From: an uncultured Gemmatimonadales bacterium
Lineage (GTDB): Bacteria > Gemmatimonadota > Gemmatimonadetes > Gemmatimonadales > JACORV01
Length of the DNA: 64,000 bases
NCBI GenBank assembly: GCA_963729955.1
Contig: CAVSQA010000019.1
Span: forward strand, 69,385 to 133,384
Reading direction: 5' to 3'
A program made the translations under genes and the position numbers. This document shows positions 11,743-24,568 of the stretch, piece after piece. Under the pieces are notes generated by a model. That model saw nothing but the letters and a program-made list of their open reading frames with translations. It was not told the DNA's origin and ran no database searches. The stretch's first letter is position 1. The number at the start of each line of letters is the position of its first letter.

Positions 11743-12369
11743 GTGAGCGGCGCCGCGGCGGAGAATCCCTCGGTTGCCACGCTGCGTGCGCGCTTCGGCG
11801 CGGCCGTCGGGCGCAGCGCCGTGCTGTGCGGCGATACCATCGTCCACCTGGCCCGGGACCGGGCCCACGAGATGCTCGCCTGGCTCAGGGACGCGCCGGA
11901 CGAGCGGTACGACTACCTGGTGGACGTGACCGCGGTGGAGTACCGCGACCGCGAGCGGGCGCTGGAGGTGGTCTACCAGCTGCGCTCGCTGGCCAGGAGC
12001 GCGCAGCTCCGCGCCAAGATCGAGCTGCCCAAGGGCGACGCCCTCGAGGTGGACTCGGTCGTGGACCTGTGGAACGGCGCCAACTGGCTGGAGCGCGAGG
12101 TCTACGACATGTTCGGCGTCCGCTTCCGCGGGCATCCCGACCTCCGGCGCATCCTGATGTGGGAGACGTACGCCGAGGGCCACCCGCTGAGGAAGGACTT
12201 CCCGCTCCGCGGCCGCTTCAGCCGCTCCGAGCAGGTGCGGCGCGCCCTGGGGGCCGACCTCACGGCCCACTACTCGATGGAGGAGCTGTCCATCGCCGAG
12301 GCCTACCACTCCCTGCCGGCGGACGTCCGGGAGCGGCTGACCCCCGGTCCCGGAGCCCAGGATCGCTGA
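11743..12369 (+). CDS. nuoC: NADH-quinone oxidoreductase subunit C
   Basis: ANWLEREVYDMFG, HPDLRRIL, GHPLRKDFPL. Confidence 0.95.
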   Translation: MSGAAAENPSVATLRARFGAAVGRSAVLCGDTIVHLARDRAHEMLAWLRDAPDERYDYLVDVTAVEYRDRERALEVVYQLRSLARSAQLRAKIELPKGDALEVDSVVDLWNGANWLEREVYDMFGVRFRGHPDLRRILMWETYAEGHPLRKDFPLRGRFSRSEQVRRALGADLTAHYSMEELSIAEAYHSLPADVRERLTPGPGAQDR

Positions 12370-13652
12370 TGGCGCAGAAGCGGGTGCTCGAGCTCGCCCT
12401 GGCGACGCCCGGCGTGGACGCGGCCGGGAACGCGGCGCGCCTGCCGCTGGTGGCCGACCCCGCCGGCGCGGCCGAGCCGGACATGCGCACCGACCACATG
12501 CTGATCAACATCGGCCCGCAGCATCCCGCCACGCACGGCGTGCTGCGGCTGGTGGTGGAGCTGGACGGCGAGGTCGTGGTGCGGGTGATCCCGCACATCG
12601 GCTACCTGCACTCCGGCTTCGAGAAGCTGGGCGAGTACCGCCACTACAACCAGATCATCCCGCTCACCGACCGCACCGACTACCTCTCCGCGCCGGCCAA
12701 CAACGTGGCGTTCGCGCTGGCGGCCGAGAAGCTGATGGGCATCGAGATCACCGCGCGGTGCACGGTGCTGCGGGTCATCGCCTGCGAGCTGAGCCGCATC
12801 ATCTCGCACCTGGTGTGGGCGGGCACCACGGCGATCGACATCGGCGCCTTCACCGTGTTCCTGTGGATGTTCCAGGAGCGGGAGCGCGTCTACAACCTGA
12901 TCGAGGAATGGACCGGGGCGCGGCTCACCACCTCGCTCACCCGGGTCGGCGGCCTGATGGCCGACGTCCCGGACGGCTGGACCGGGCGGCTCAAGGCGTG
13001 GTGCCAGCGGTTCCCGAAGACGCTCGACGAGGTGGACCGGATGCTGCTCAGGAACGGCATCTGGCTGGGCCGCACCCAGGACGTGGGCGTGATGACGGCC
13101 GCGGAGGCGATCGACTACTCGCTCTCCGGTCCGATGCTGCGCGCCAGCGGCGTCGCGTTCGACGTGCGGAAGGACCACCCGTACCTGGACTACGACAGCT
13201 ACGACTTCGAGGTGCCGGTCGGCGAGCACGGCGACGTGTACGACCGCTACCTGGTCCGGATGGAGGAGATGCGGCAGTCGGTGCGGATCCTGCTCCAGGC
13301 GCTGGACCGCCTGCCCGACGGGCCGATCAACGCGAGCGACCCGCGCGTGATCCTCCCGCCCAAGCGGCGGCTGATGAGCGACATGGAGTCGATGATCCAC
13401 CACTTCAAGCAGGTGATGGAGGGCGTCCCCGCGCCGGTCGGCGAGGTGTACCTCCCGGTGGAGAACCCGAAGGGCGAGCTGGGCACCTACCTCGTGTCCG
13501 ACGGGTCGGCCAAGCCGGTGCGCTGGCGCATCCGGCCGCCGTCGTTCCTCAACATCGCGGCGCTGCCCAAGATGGCCGAAGGACACCTGCTGAGCGACCT
13601 GATCGCCATCAACGCCAGCGTGGACATCGTCATGGGGGAGATCGACCGATGA
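12369..13652 (+). CDS. nuoD: NADH-quinone oxidoreductase subunit D
   Basis: GPQHPATHGVLRL, IGYLHSGFEK, ENPKGE, DIVMGEIDR. Confidence 0.95.
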   Translation: MAQKRVLELALATPGVDAAGNAARLPLVADPAGAAEPDMRTDHMLINIGPQHPATHGVLRLVVELDGEVVVRVIPHIGYLHSGFEKLGEYRHYNQIIPLTDRTDYLSAPANNVAFALAAEKLMGIEITARCTVLRVIACELSRIISHLVWAGTTAIDIGAFTVFLWMFQERERVYNLIEEWTGARLTTSLTRVGGLMADVPDGWTGRLKAWCQRFPKTLDEVDRMLLRNGIWLGRTQDVGVMTAAEAIDYSLSGPMLRASGVAFDVRKDHPYLDYDSYDFEVPVGEHGDVYDRYLVRMEEMRQSVRILLQALDRLPDGPINASDPRVILPPKRRLMSDMESMIHHFKQVMEGVPAPVGEVYLPVENPKGELGTYLVSDGSAKPVRWRIRPPSFLNIAALPKMAEGHLLSDLIAINASVDIVMGEIDR

Positions 13653-14185
13653 GTGCGGCCCAGGGCCAGGGCACGCCGGCTCACGCGGGCGGCGCGGCGC
13701 CGGCCGAGCTGCCGCCCGTGTTCGTCGGCGAAGGACGGCGTCGCCTCGACGCCCTCGTGGCGAAGTACCCCGCCAAGGCGGGCGCGCTGCTGCCCGCGCT
13801 GTGGATGATCCAGGAGGCGCACGGCTGGATCTCGCCCGCCGGGATGGCGGAGGTGGCCGAGGCGCTGGACCTGACGCCGGCCTACGTCAAGGGCGTCGTG
13901 ACCTTCTACACCATGTACCACCAGCACCCGGTCGGGAAGTACTTCGTGCAGGTGTGCACCACCACGCCGTGCAACGTGTGCGGCGCCGAGGGCGTGGTCG
14001 AGGCGTTCCTCAAGGCCACCGGCGCGCGGGCGCCGGGCGAGACCAGCCCCGACGGCAAGTGGACGATCGTCGAGGTGGAGTGTCTCGGGGCGTGCGGCTT
14101 CGCCACGCCCGTGATGATCAACAACGACTTCGTCGAGAGCGTGACCGCGGCCACGGTGCCGGCTCTCGTCGAGCGCTACCGGTAG
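13649..14185 (+). CDS. nuoE: NADH-quinone oxidoreductase subunit E
   Basis: VTFYTMY, VCTTTPC, VECLGAC. Confidence 0.93.
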   Translation: MSAAQGQGTPAHAGGAAPAELPPVFVGEGRRRLDALVAKYPAKAGALLPALWMIQEAHGWISPAGMAEVAEALDLTPAYVKGVVTFYTMYHQHPVGKYFVQVCTTTPCNVCGAEGVVEAFLKATGARAPGETSPDGKWTIVEVECLGACGFATPVMINNDFVESVTAATVPALVERYR

Positions 14186-14190
14186 GCGCC

Positions 14191-15493
14191 ATGGGCTTCC
14201 CCCATCCTCCGCATCCCAAGGAGAACCGGGTCGTGAGCGCCCACTTCGGCGACGCCGAGGCGCGGACGCTACGACGGCTGGGTGAAGCGCGGCGGGTACG
14301 CGGCGCTCGAGCAGGCGCTGGGCATGACGCGCGAGCAGGTGATCGAGGAGGTCAAGGGCTCGGGGCTCAGGGGCCGCGGCGGCGCGGGCTTCCCGGCCGG
14401 CGTCAAGTGGAGCTTCATGCCCAAGCAGAAGACCAAGCCGCACTACCTGTGCTGCAACGCGGACGAGTCCGAGCCGGGCACCTTCAAGGATCGCGAGATC
14501 ATGCGGTGGACGCCGCACCAGCTCATCGAGGGCTGCGCGATCGCCGCCTACGCCATCCAGGCCGAGCAGACGTACATCTACATCCGGGGCGAGTTCACCG
14601 AGCCGATCGCGGTGATGCAGCGCGCGCTCGAGGAGGCCTACGCGAAGGGCGTCCTCGGCGCGAACGCCATGGGCAAGGGCGTCCGGATCGACGTGATGAT
14701 CCACCGCGGCGCCGGGGCCTACATCTGCGGCGAAGAAACCGCGCTGATGAACTCCATCGAGGGCAAGCGCGGCAACCCGCGGATCCGGCCGCCGTTCCCG
14801 GCCGCCGTGGGCGTGTTCGGCTGCCCGACGACCATCAACAACGTGGAGACCCTCTCCTGCGTGCCGCACATCATCCGGCGCGGCGCCGCCTGGTACAAGG
14901 GCCTGTCGTTGTCGAACCCCAAGAGCACCGGCACCAAGCTGTTCTCGATCTGCGGCACGGTCGCCCGGCCGGGCAACTACGAAGTGACGATGGGCTTCCC
15001 CCTCAAGGAGCTGCTGTACGACATGGCCGGGGGGATGCTGCCGGGCCGCACCCTCAAGGCCGTGATCCCCGGCGGCTCCTCGGTGCCGATCCTGACGGCC
15101 GCCGAGGCCGAGGACACCCTGCTCGACTACGAAGGCTGCGTCGCCAAGGGCACGATGCTCGGCTCCGGCGGGATGATCGTGCTCGACGACTCGGTGGACA
15201 TGGTCTACCAGGTGATGCGCCTGGCCAGGTTCTACGCGCACGAGTCCTGCGCGCAGTGCACCCAGTGCCGGGAAGGCACGGCCTGGACGGTGAAGATCCT
15301 GCAGCGGATGCTCGGCGGGCAGGGCAAGGCGGAGGACCTGGACCTGCTGCTCGACCTCTCCGAGCAGATGACCGGCCGGACCATCTGCGTGCTCTCCGAT
15401 TCCTGCGCGGCGCCGGTGGTGAGCGCGATCCGGAAGTTCCGCCCGGAGTTCGAGAAATACCTGGGCGGCCGGCGGGCGGCCGCGCGAGCATGA
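14191..15493 (+). CDS. nuoF: NADH-quinone oxidoreductase subunit F (frameshift near 14270)
   Basis: GLRGRGGAGFP, NADESEPGTFKDR, GAGAYICGEETAL, ESCAQCTQCREG. Confidence 0.95.
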
Positions 15494-16939
15494 GCGACCT
15501 CGTCAAGCTCACGATCGAGGGGCGGGAGGTCGAGGTGCCCGCCGGCACGTCGGTGCTCGAGGCCGCGAAGCTGACCGGCGTCCTCATCCCGCACTACTGC
15601 TACCACCCGGGACTGCCGGTGGCCGGCTCGTGCCGCATGTGCCTGGTGGACGTCGAGAAGAGCCCCAAGCCGGTGCCGTCGTGCGCGACGCCGGTGGCGG
15701 CGGGCATGGTGGTCCACGTCTCGAGCGAGCAGGCTACCGCGGCGCGCCGCGGGGTGCTGGAGTTCCTGCTCATCAACCACCCGCTCGACTGCCCGATCTG
15801 CGACAAGTCGGGCGAGTGCTCCCTCCAGGACTACGCCGACCAGGAGGGCAGGGCCTCGGGACGGTACGCCGACTACGCCAAACGCTACAATCCGGTCGAG
15901 GACTTCGGTCCCGACATCCTGTACGTGCCCAACCGCTGCGTCCTGTGCACGCGCTGCGTGCGCTTCATGGAGGACGTGGCGCAGCAGCCGACGCTCAACG
16001 TCTCCGAGCGGGGCGACCGGGCCCACATCGACATCTTCGAAGGCCGGCCGCTCGACCACCCGTGGGCGGGGAACGTGGTGGACCTGTGCCCCGTGGGGTC
16101 GCTGCTGTCGAAGGACTTCCTCAACAAGGCGCGGGTGTGGGACTTCGATAAGACCGCGTCGGTGTGCCCGGGCTGCACCCAGGGCTGCAACATCGTGCTC
16201 GAGACCCGCGACAACAGCGTGGTGCGCGTCAAGCCTCGGCCCAACGCCGAGGTCAACCGCTGGTGGATCTGCGACGAGGGGCGCCTCAACTACGGCTGGC
16301 TCAACCGGGCCGACCGGATCGAGGCACCGCTCGTGAGGCAGGACGACCGTCTCGTCCCGGTGGACTGGGAGCAGGCGCTGGAGCGGGCCGTGGAGCTGAT
16401 GGAGGCCGCCTCCGGCCCGTGGGTCGGCCTGGTCTCGCCGGGTGCCTCGTGCGAGGCGCTCGAGGCCGCGGCCGGGCTGCTGGCCGTCAAGGGCGGCGGC
16501 GGAGCATTCCGCGTGCGGGAGGGACCGGAACGGCCGCTGGCGGGCGTCCCGGACCTCGCCCTGCGCACGGAGCGGGCGCCCAACGTGCACGGCGCCGTCG
16601 CGGCCGGGTTCGGCAGGGACTGGGACGGAGCGGTGGAGCGCGCCAGTCAGGCGGGGCTGGTGCTGGTGGTGGACGACGACTTGAGCGGTGTCGCGGCGCC
16701 GGTCACCTCCGGACGGCTCATCTACGTGGGCACGGTGCTGCCCGACGTCGCGCGCGCCGCGTCGGTCGTGCTCCCGTGCGCCAACATGGCCGAGGACGAA
16801 GGCACCTTCCAGAACCTGCGCGGCCTCCGGCAGCGCTACGAGCCAGGCCAAGAGCCCGCCGGGGATGGCGCGGCCGGCCGCCTGGATCCTGGCGGAGATC
16901 CGCGCCGCGCTCGTCTCGCGCGTGGGAGCGCGCGCATGA
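15490..16939 (+). CDS. nuoG: NADH-quinone oxidoreductase subunit G, short form (frameshift near 16845)
   Basis: IPHYCYH, GSCRMCLV, NHPLDCPICD, RCVLCTRCVRF, CPGCTQGC. The apparent fusion to nuoH in the ORF track is caused by the frameshift. Confidence 0.9.
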
Positions 16940-18150
16940 CGCCGGTCAGCGGCGCGGCCTTCGTGTGGATCTCCCTGGTCAAGATCCTGATCGTCTTCGG
17001 CGGCCTGCTCACCCTGATCGCCGTGTGGACCTGGGTGGAGCGCCGCGGCGCGGGGTGGATCCAGAACCGGCTCGGGCCCAACCGGGTCGGGCCCCAGGGG
17101 CTGCTCCAGCCGGCGGCGGACGGGCTGAAGAACTTCCTCAAGGAGGAGACCCTTCCGCCCTTCTCCGACCGGTTCCTGTTCATCCTCGCGCCGATGATGG
17201 CCTTCACGCCGGCCCTGATCACCTTCGCCGTGGTGCCGTTCGCCTCGCCGCTGCCCACGCCGTGGGGGCTGGTGAACAGCGCCATCGCCGATCTGCCGAT
17301 CGGCTTCCTCTACATCCTGGCCATCAGCTCCCTCGGGGTGTACGGCGTGGTGCTCGCCGGCTGGTCGTCGAACAACAAGTACTCGCTGTTGGGCGGGCTG
17401 CGGGGCTCCGCCCAGCTGATCTCGTACGAGGTGTCGATGGGGCTCTCGGCCGTGGCGGTGCTGGTGCTGGCCGGGAACATCACGATGAACGAGATCGTGG
17501 CGAAGCAGCAGCAGAGCCTGTGGTTCGTCCTCCCGCTGTTCGTCGCGTTCTGCACGTTCCTGATCGCCAGTTTCGCGGAGACCAACCGGCTCCCGTTCGA
17601 CCTGCCGGAGGCGGAGGCCGAGCTGGTCGCCGGCTACCACACCGAGTACTCCGCGATGAAGTTCTCGATGTTCTACATCGCCGAGTACTCGAACATGGTG
17701 ACGGCGTCGGCGCTGCTGGTGACGCTGTTCCTGGGCGGGTGGGACATCCCCTTCACGGCCTGGGACAACACGCCGCCGTGGACGGTGCTCAAGTTCGCCG
17801 CGACCTTCGCCGCCTTCTGGGCCAAGGTGCTGTTCTTCCTGTTCGCCTACGTGTGGGTGCGGTGGACGCTGCCGCGCTTCCGCTTCGACCAGCTGATGGA
17901 CCTGGGATGGAAGGTGCTGCTGCCGATCGCGCTCGCCTACGTGATGGTCGTGGCCGTGGCCGTGTGGGCGCTGGAGGCCGCCGGGGTCGCCTTCGGGGTG
18001 CCGTACGCGCTGGCCCTCACCGCCGTGAGCCTGGTGCTGGGGGCGCTGCTGGCGTGGGGTCTCGACCGCAACCGGGTGATCGGCGGCTCGGCGTCGCGCC
18101 AGCGGGCGCGGTGGCGCGCCGACGCGGCGCGCGCCAAGGGAGCGGCGTAA
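16936..18150 (+). CDS. nuoH: NADH-quinone oxidoreductase subunit H
   Basis: QNRLGPNRVGP, ADGLK, ETNRLPFDLPEAEAELVAGY, PRFRFDQLM. Confidence 0.95.
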   Translation: MTPVSGAAFVWISLVKILIVFGGLLTLIAVWTWVERRGAGWIQNRLGPNRVGPQGLLQPAADGLKNFLKEETLPPFSDRFLFILAPMMAFTPALITFAVVPFASPLPTPWGLVNSAIADLPIGFLYILAISSLGVYGVVLAGWSSNNKYSLLGGLRGSAQLISYEVSMGLSAVAVLVLAGNITMNEIVAKQQQSLWFVLPLFVAFCTFLIASFAETNRLPFDLPEAEAELVAGYHTEYSAMKFSMFYIAEYSNMVTASALLVTLFLGGWDIPFTAWDNTPPWTVLKFAATFAAFWAKVLFFLFAYVWVRWTLPRFRFDQLMDLGWKVLLPIALAYVMVVAVAVWALEAAGVAFGVPYALALTAVSLVLGALLAWGLDRNRVIGGSASRQRARWRADAARAKGAA

Positions 18151-18151
18151 G

Positions 18152-18658
18152 GTGGCGATCGGCGTCAAGACCCTCGGCCGGCCGGAGGCGGAGAGCTCGT
18201 ACGTGCGAGCCACCCTCAAGGGCATGGCGCTCACGTTCCAGCACCTGTTCGCCAAGAAGTGGACGATGCAGTACCCCGAGCAGACGTCCACGGCGGACTG
18301 GACGCTCTCCAAGCGGTGGCGCGGCACCCACCGGATGGCGGTGGACGAGACCGGGAAGGCGAAGTGCGTGGCCTGCGGCCTGTGTCCCCAGATCTGTCCC
18401 GCCAACTGCATCAAGCTCGTCCCGGGCGAGGACGAGCACGGCAACCGCTACCCGCTGGTCTACGAGATCGACGAGTTCCGCTGCGTGTTCTGCGGCTACT
18501 GCCAGGAGGTCTGCCCGGAGGAGGCCATCCACGTCGGCGTGCACTACGAGAACGCCGAGTACAGCCGCGAGGGCTTCGTGTACGACCTCGCCCGGCTGAT
18601 GCGGCAGCCGCACGACGTCTCGACCCTGTGGGACCCCGGCGACCCCAAGGGAGAATGA
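18152..18658 (+). CDS. nuoI: NADH-quinone oxidoreductase subunit I
   Basis: Two CxxCxxCxxxCP motifs, TMQYPE. Confidence 0.95.
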   Translation: MAIGVKTLGRPEAESSYVRATLKGMALTFQHLFAKKWTMQYPEQTSTADWTLSKRWRGTHRMAVDETGKAKCVACGLCPQICPANCIKLVPGEDEHGNRYPLVYEIDEFRCVFCGYCQEVCPEEAIHVGVHYENAEYSREGFVYDLARLMRQPHDVSTLWDPGDPKGE

Positions 18659-18659
18659 C

Positions 18660-19175
<516 letters not shown>

Positions 19176-19176
19176 C

Positions 19177-19473
19177 GTGCTGCTCGGCCCGGCCATGGCG
19201 GTTTCGGCCGTCCTGTTCTCGCTCGGCGTCGTGGGCGTGCTGCTCCGCCGCAACGCCATCGTGATCTTCATGTGCATCGAGCTGATGCTCAACGCCGTGA
19301 ACCTCACCTTCATCGCGCTGTCGCAGCAGCTCGGCCTCGACGGGCAGGTGTTCGTGTTCTTCGTGATGACCGTCGCGGCGGCGGAGGCCGCGGTCGGGCT
19401 GGCCATCGTCATCGCCGTCTACCGGCACCGGGACACCGTGAACCTGCAGAACATCAACCTGCTGCGCGGATGA
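19177..19473 (+). CDS. nuoK: NADH-quinone oxidoreductase subunit K
   Basis: [26 protein letters not shown]. Confidence 0.95.
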   Translation: MLLGPAMAVSAVLFSLGVVGVLLRRNAIVIFMCIELMLNAVNLTFIALSQQLGLDGQVFVFFVMTVAAAEAAVGLAIVIAVYRHRDTVNLQNINLLRG

Positions 19474-21447
19474 CCGCGCTGGCCGGCGGCGCCGCCGACA
19501 GGGTCGCTCTCGCGATCCTGCTCCCCTTCGCCGGGTTCCTGGTGAACGGGGCGGTGGCCTTCGTGCGCCCGCAGGCGAAGCGCCTGGTGAGCGTCGTGGG
19601 CGTCGGCTCGGTGGCCGCGGCGTTCGTCGTGGGCGTGACGGTCTTCCTGGCGGTCCTGCGGCGCGCACCCCGCGGAGCCGTACGTGCGCACCCTGTGGAC
19701 CTGGATCCCGGCCGGCGACCTCAGGGTGGACGCGGCCCTCCAGGTGGACCAGCTCTCGGTCGTGATGCTGCTGGTGGTGACGGGGGTCTGCGTCCCTGAT
19801 CCACGTGTTCAGCATCGGCTACATGCACGACGATCCCGGCTACGCGCGCTACTTCGCCTACCTCAACCTGTTCGTCGCCTTCATGCTGGTGCTGGTCCTG
19901 GGCGCCAACTTCCCGGTGATGTTCATCGGGTGGGAGGGCGTGGGCCTCTGCTCCTACCTGCTGATCGGCTTCTGGTTCGAGGAGAAGGAGAAGGCCGACG
20001 CGGGCCTGAAGGCCTTCCTGGTGAACCGCATCGGCGACTTCGGGTTCCTGGTGGCGATGTTCCTGATCTTCTCCCACCTGGGCTCGCTCGACTTCCGCGA
20101 GGTGTTCGCCCGGGCCCCCCAGGCGCTGGTGGCGGGCGGCGGGACGGTGACGGCGATCGCGCTGTTCCTGTTCATGGGGTGCGTGGGCAAGTCGGCCCAG
20201 ATCCCGCTGTACGTCTGGCTGCCCGACGCGATGGCGGGCCCGACGCCGGTCTCGGCCCTGATCCACGCCGCCACGATGGTGACCGCGGGCGTGTACCTGG
20301 TGGCGCGCAGCAACATCCTGTTCGCGCTGTCGCCGGTGGCGTCCGCCGTGGTGGCGGGCGTGGGCGCGCTCACGGCGCTCTTCGCCGCGACCATCGCGCT
20401 CAAGCAGTGCGACATCAAGAAGGTGCTGGCCTACTCCACCGTCTCGCAGCTCGGCTACATGTTCGTGGGCGTCGGCGTCGGCGCGTACGCCGCCGGCATC
20501 TTCCACCTGGTGACGCACGCCTTCTTCAAGGCGCTGCTGTTCCTGGGCGCGGGCAGCGTGATCCACGTGATGCATCGCGCCTACCACCACACCCAGCGTC
20601 ACGCCGACGCCCAGGACATGCGCAACATGGGCGGCCTCTCGGCGTACCTCCCGTGGACGACGCGGGTGATGTGGGTGGCGACGCTGGCCATCGCCGGCAT
20701 CCCGCCGCTGGCGGGCTTCTTCTCCAAGGACGAGATCCTCGGCGCCGCGTTCGCCCGCGGCGCGTCCGATCCGTTCTACTTCGTGGTGTGGGCCTCGGGC
20801 TGGCGACGGCGCTGCTCACCGCGTTCTACATGGCGCGGCTGATGCTGTACACCTTCCACGGGCCCAACCGCACCGGCGACCTCGAGCGGCCGCACCTGGC
20901 CGAGGCGCCCTGGGTGATGACCGGCCGCTGATCGTGCTCGCGGCGCTGTCGGTGCTCGGGGGCGCGCTCAACCTCCCGCACGTCGCCACGCTGCATCACT
21001 GGCTCGAGCCCTTGACCGAGCGCAGCGCGGCGCTCCTGCCGGCGCTGGCCCCGGCGACCGGCGTCGAGATCGCGCTGATGACGCTGGCGGCGCTGATCGG
21101 CGCTGGGCGGCATCTGGCGGCCACGCGCGTCCTCAAGCCCGAGGCCCTGCTGCCGCCGGAGCGCGCGCCGCGCGAGACCGGGCTCGCGAAGCTGCTGCTG
21201 GAGAAGTACCACGTGGACGAGCTGTACGACGCGGTGATCGTGCGCCCGCTGATCTGGCTCGCCCGGGTGGTGCTGTGGAAGGGGCTGGACGCGGGCGCGA
21301 TCGACACGGCCGGCGTGAACGGCTCGGCCGCCGTGGCGCCGCGGCCTCGGGTGGATCGGGAGCCGCCTGCAGTCGGGCCAGGCCGGCACCTACCTCGTCG
21401 TCTTCGTGATCGGGGCGATCGCCGTGCTGGCGGCGCTGCTCCACTAG
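19470..21447 (+). CDS. nuoL: NADH-quinone oxidoreductase subunit L (several frameshifts)
   Basis: [59 protein letters not shown]. Confidence 0.93.
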
Positions 21448-21453
21448 GGCATC

Positions 21454-23002
21454 GTGACCGAGCTCCTGGTCCATCTCCATTACGCGCGCTGGGCGATCAG
21501 CGCCCTGCTGATCTTCCGCTCGCCGGGGCGCTGGTCATCTGGCCCGCGCCGGCCCGCGCCGCCAAGCAGATCGCGCTGGGGGTCGCGCTGCTCGAGTTCG
21601 TCGTGTCGCTGGGCGTGTGGTGGGCGTACGATCCCTCCGGCCCGGCGCTGCAGTTCGGCGACTGGCTCCCGTGGATCCCCGACTGGGGCATCGGCTACCG
21701 CATCGGCGTCGACGGCATCTCGCTGTTCCTGGTGCTGCTCACGACGTTCCTGATGCCGCTGGCGGTGCTCGGCAGCTGGTCCGGCATCACGACGCGCGAG
21801 AAGGGGTTCTACGCGCTGCTGCTGGTCCTCACCACCGGCATGCTCGGCGTGTTCGTCGCGCTGGACCTGTTCCTGTTCTACGTGTTCTGGGAAGTGATGC
21901 TGATCCCGATGTACTTCATCATCGGGATCTGGGGCGGCAAGCGCCGGCTGTACGCGAGCATCAAGTTCTTCCTCTACACCGTGTTCGGCTCGCTCCTGAT
22001 GCTGGTGGCGATCCTGGTGCTCTACTTCAACGCGGGCCGCGCACTCGGGCGGACTGTACTCGTTCGCGTACGACCACATCCGCCAGTACGCGACGCTCCC
22101 GGTCCCGACCCAGTTCTGGCTGTTCGCGGCGTTCTTCCTGGCGTTCGCGATCAAGGTGCCGATGGTCCCGTTCCACACCTGGCTGCCCGACGCGCACGTC
22201 GAGGCGCCGACCGCGGGCTCGGTGATCCTGGCCGGCGATCCTGCTCAAGATGGGCACCTACGGCTTCCTGCGCTTCGGCTTCCCGCTGTTCCCGCGATGG
22301 CGACGCCACGTCGTGCACGCCGCGATCGTGATCACGCTGGCGGTGATCGGCATCATCTACGGCGCGCTGGTGGCGATGGTGCAGCCCGACATCAAGAAGC
22401 TCATCGCCTACTCGTCGGTCAGCCACCTGGGCTTCGTGATGCTCGGCATCTGGGCGCTGACGGTGCAGAGCGTGCAGGGCGCCGTGATGGTGATGATCAA
22501 TCACGGCCTCTCGACCGGCGCGCTGTTCTTCCTGGTCGGCATGATCTACGAGCGCCGCCACACCCGCCTGATCGCGGACTTCGGCGGCCTCGCGCGGGTC
22601 ATGCCGGTCTACGCCGCGGTCTTCACGCTGGTGAGCCTGTCGTCGATCGGGCTGCCGGGGACCAACGGCTTCGTCGGCGAGTTCCTGGTGCTGGTGGGCT
22701 CGTTCCGCACCCACCCGGTGGCCGCGGGCATCGCGACGACCGGCGTCATCTTCGCCGCCTGCTACCTGCTCTGGGCGCTGCAGCGCGTGATCTACTACAA
22801 GCTCGACAAGCCCGAGAACCGCGCCCTCACCGACCTCACCGGCCGTGAATGGGGCGTGCTGGTGCCGCTGGTGGTGATGATCCTGTGGCTCGGCCTCGCG
22901 CCCGGCCCGGTGCTGCGGCGGATCGAGCCGTCGGCGCGCCACTTCATCGAGGCGGTGCAGGGCAGGGCGGCGCCCGCCGTCGCGGACCTGAGACAGCCGT
23001 GA
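21454..23002 (+). CDS. nuoM: NADH-quinone oxidoreductase subunit M (several frameshifts)
   Basis: [54 protein letters not shown]. Confidence 0.93.
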
Positions 23003-24529
23003 ACCTGACGCTCGACCTCGACACCGGCTGGGGCCTGCTGCGGGCGGCCCTCCCCGAGACGATGCTCTCGGTGTGGGCGATGGTGCTGCTGCTCGACGCC
23101 GCGTGGCACCACAAGGATCCGGGCGCCCAGCGGCGCGTCGGCCTGCTCGCGCTGGTGGGGATCGCCCTGGCCGCCGCGGCCACGGTCTGGCTGTGGGCGT
23201 CGGGCGCCAGGGTCGCCGGCATTCCGACCAGCATCGCGCTGGATCCGTTCCGGTACGCCGTGGACCTCATCGTGCTGCTCGGCGCCGCGCTCGCGGTGCT
23301 CCTCTCGGTGGACTACCTGGAGCGCGAGGGCATCCTGGTCCCCGAGTACCACGTGCTCGTCCTGTTCGCCGCGGTGGGGATGATGCTGCTGGCCGCGGGC
23401 CAGGACCTGTTCGTCATCTTCCTCGGCCTGGAGCTGATGTCGGTGTCGGTGTACGTGCTCTCGGGCATCGATCGCCGCAGCAAGGTGGGCGGCGAAGCCG
23501 CGCTCAAGTACTTCCTGCTCGGGGCGTTCGCGTCGGCGTTCTTCCTCTACGGCATCGCGCTGCTGTACGGCGCCACCGGCTCCACCAAGCTCCCGATGAT
23601 CGCGGGCCAGATCGTGGCGCTGAACCTGCAGGTGCACCCGATGCTGCTGGGCGGCATCGCCCTGCTGCTGATCGGCTTCGGCTTCAAGGTGGCGGCGGTG
23701 CCGTTCCACATGTGGACGCCCGACGTGTACGACGGTGCTCCGACGCCGGTGACCGGGTTCATGGCGACCGCGGTCAAGGCGGCGGCGTTCGCCGCCCTGG
23801 TGCGCGTGCTGCTCGAGGCGTTCGGGGGCATCCACCTCATCTGGGAGCAGGTGATCTGGTGGCTGGCGGTGGTCACCATGGTGGTGGGGAACCTGGTGGC
23901 GCTCGCCCAGCGCTCGGTGAAGCGCATGCTCGCCTACTCGAGCATCGCGCACGCGGGCTACCTGCTGACCGCGCTGGTGGCCGGCTCGACCGCGGGGGCC
24001 GCGGCCTTCCTCTTCTACCTGCTGTTCTACACGCTGATGACGGTGGGCGCGTTCGCCATCCTCGGCCTCAAGGGCCGCGGCGGCGAGCGCGACGTCGAGA
24101 TCGACGACCTGGCCGGCCTGGCCGAGACGCACCCCTGGCTCGCCCTCGGCGATGACGATCTGCATGCTGTCCCTGCTCGGGTTCCCGGGCACGGCGGGGT
24201 TCATCGGCAAATGGTACATCCTGGTCTCCGCGACGGGCGGCGGCTACGGCATCCTGGCGGCGATCCTGGTCCTGACCAGCGTGGTGTCCGCGGGATACTA
24301 CCTGCCCGTCGTGATGGCGATGTACATGAAGCCGAGCGCGCACGAGCGCGCGCACGCGGGCGTGCTCGTGCCGCGGCTCGCGGGCGTCACCCTGGCGGTG
24401 ATGGTCGTGGCGCTGGTGGTCTTCGGGCTGTGGCCGAACCTGGTGCTCGACGCCGCGCGCTCGGGGTCGCACACCTTCCTGCCGGCGGGCGTCACCACGA
24501 TCGCCGCGCCCGTACCGGCCGGCAACTAG
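22999..24529 (+). CDS. nuoN: NADH-quinone oxidoreductase subunit N (frameshift near 24150)
   Basis: EAALKYFLLG, FKVAAVPFHMWTPDVYDGAP, KRMLAYSSIAHAGY, GFIGKW. Confidence 0.93.
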
Positions 24530-24568
24530 CGAGGGCCGGCCGCGTCGGCGGCCCGGAGCTCCACGACG

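Noticed and set aside
13801..18150. 1449-aa ORF suggesting a NuoG-NuoH fusion
   Set aside because: Artefact of a frameshift near 16845 plus an open off-frame upstream. nuoG has its own stop at 16939 overlapping the nuoH ATG at 16936.
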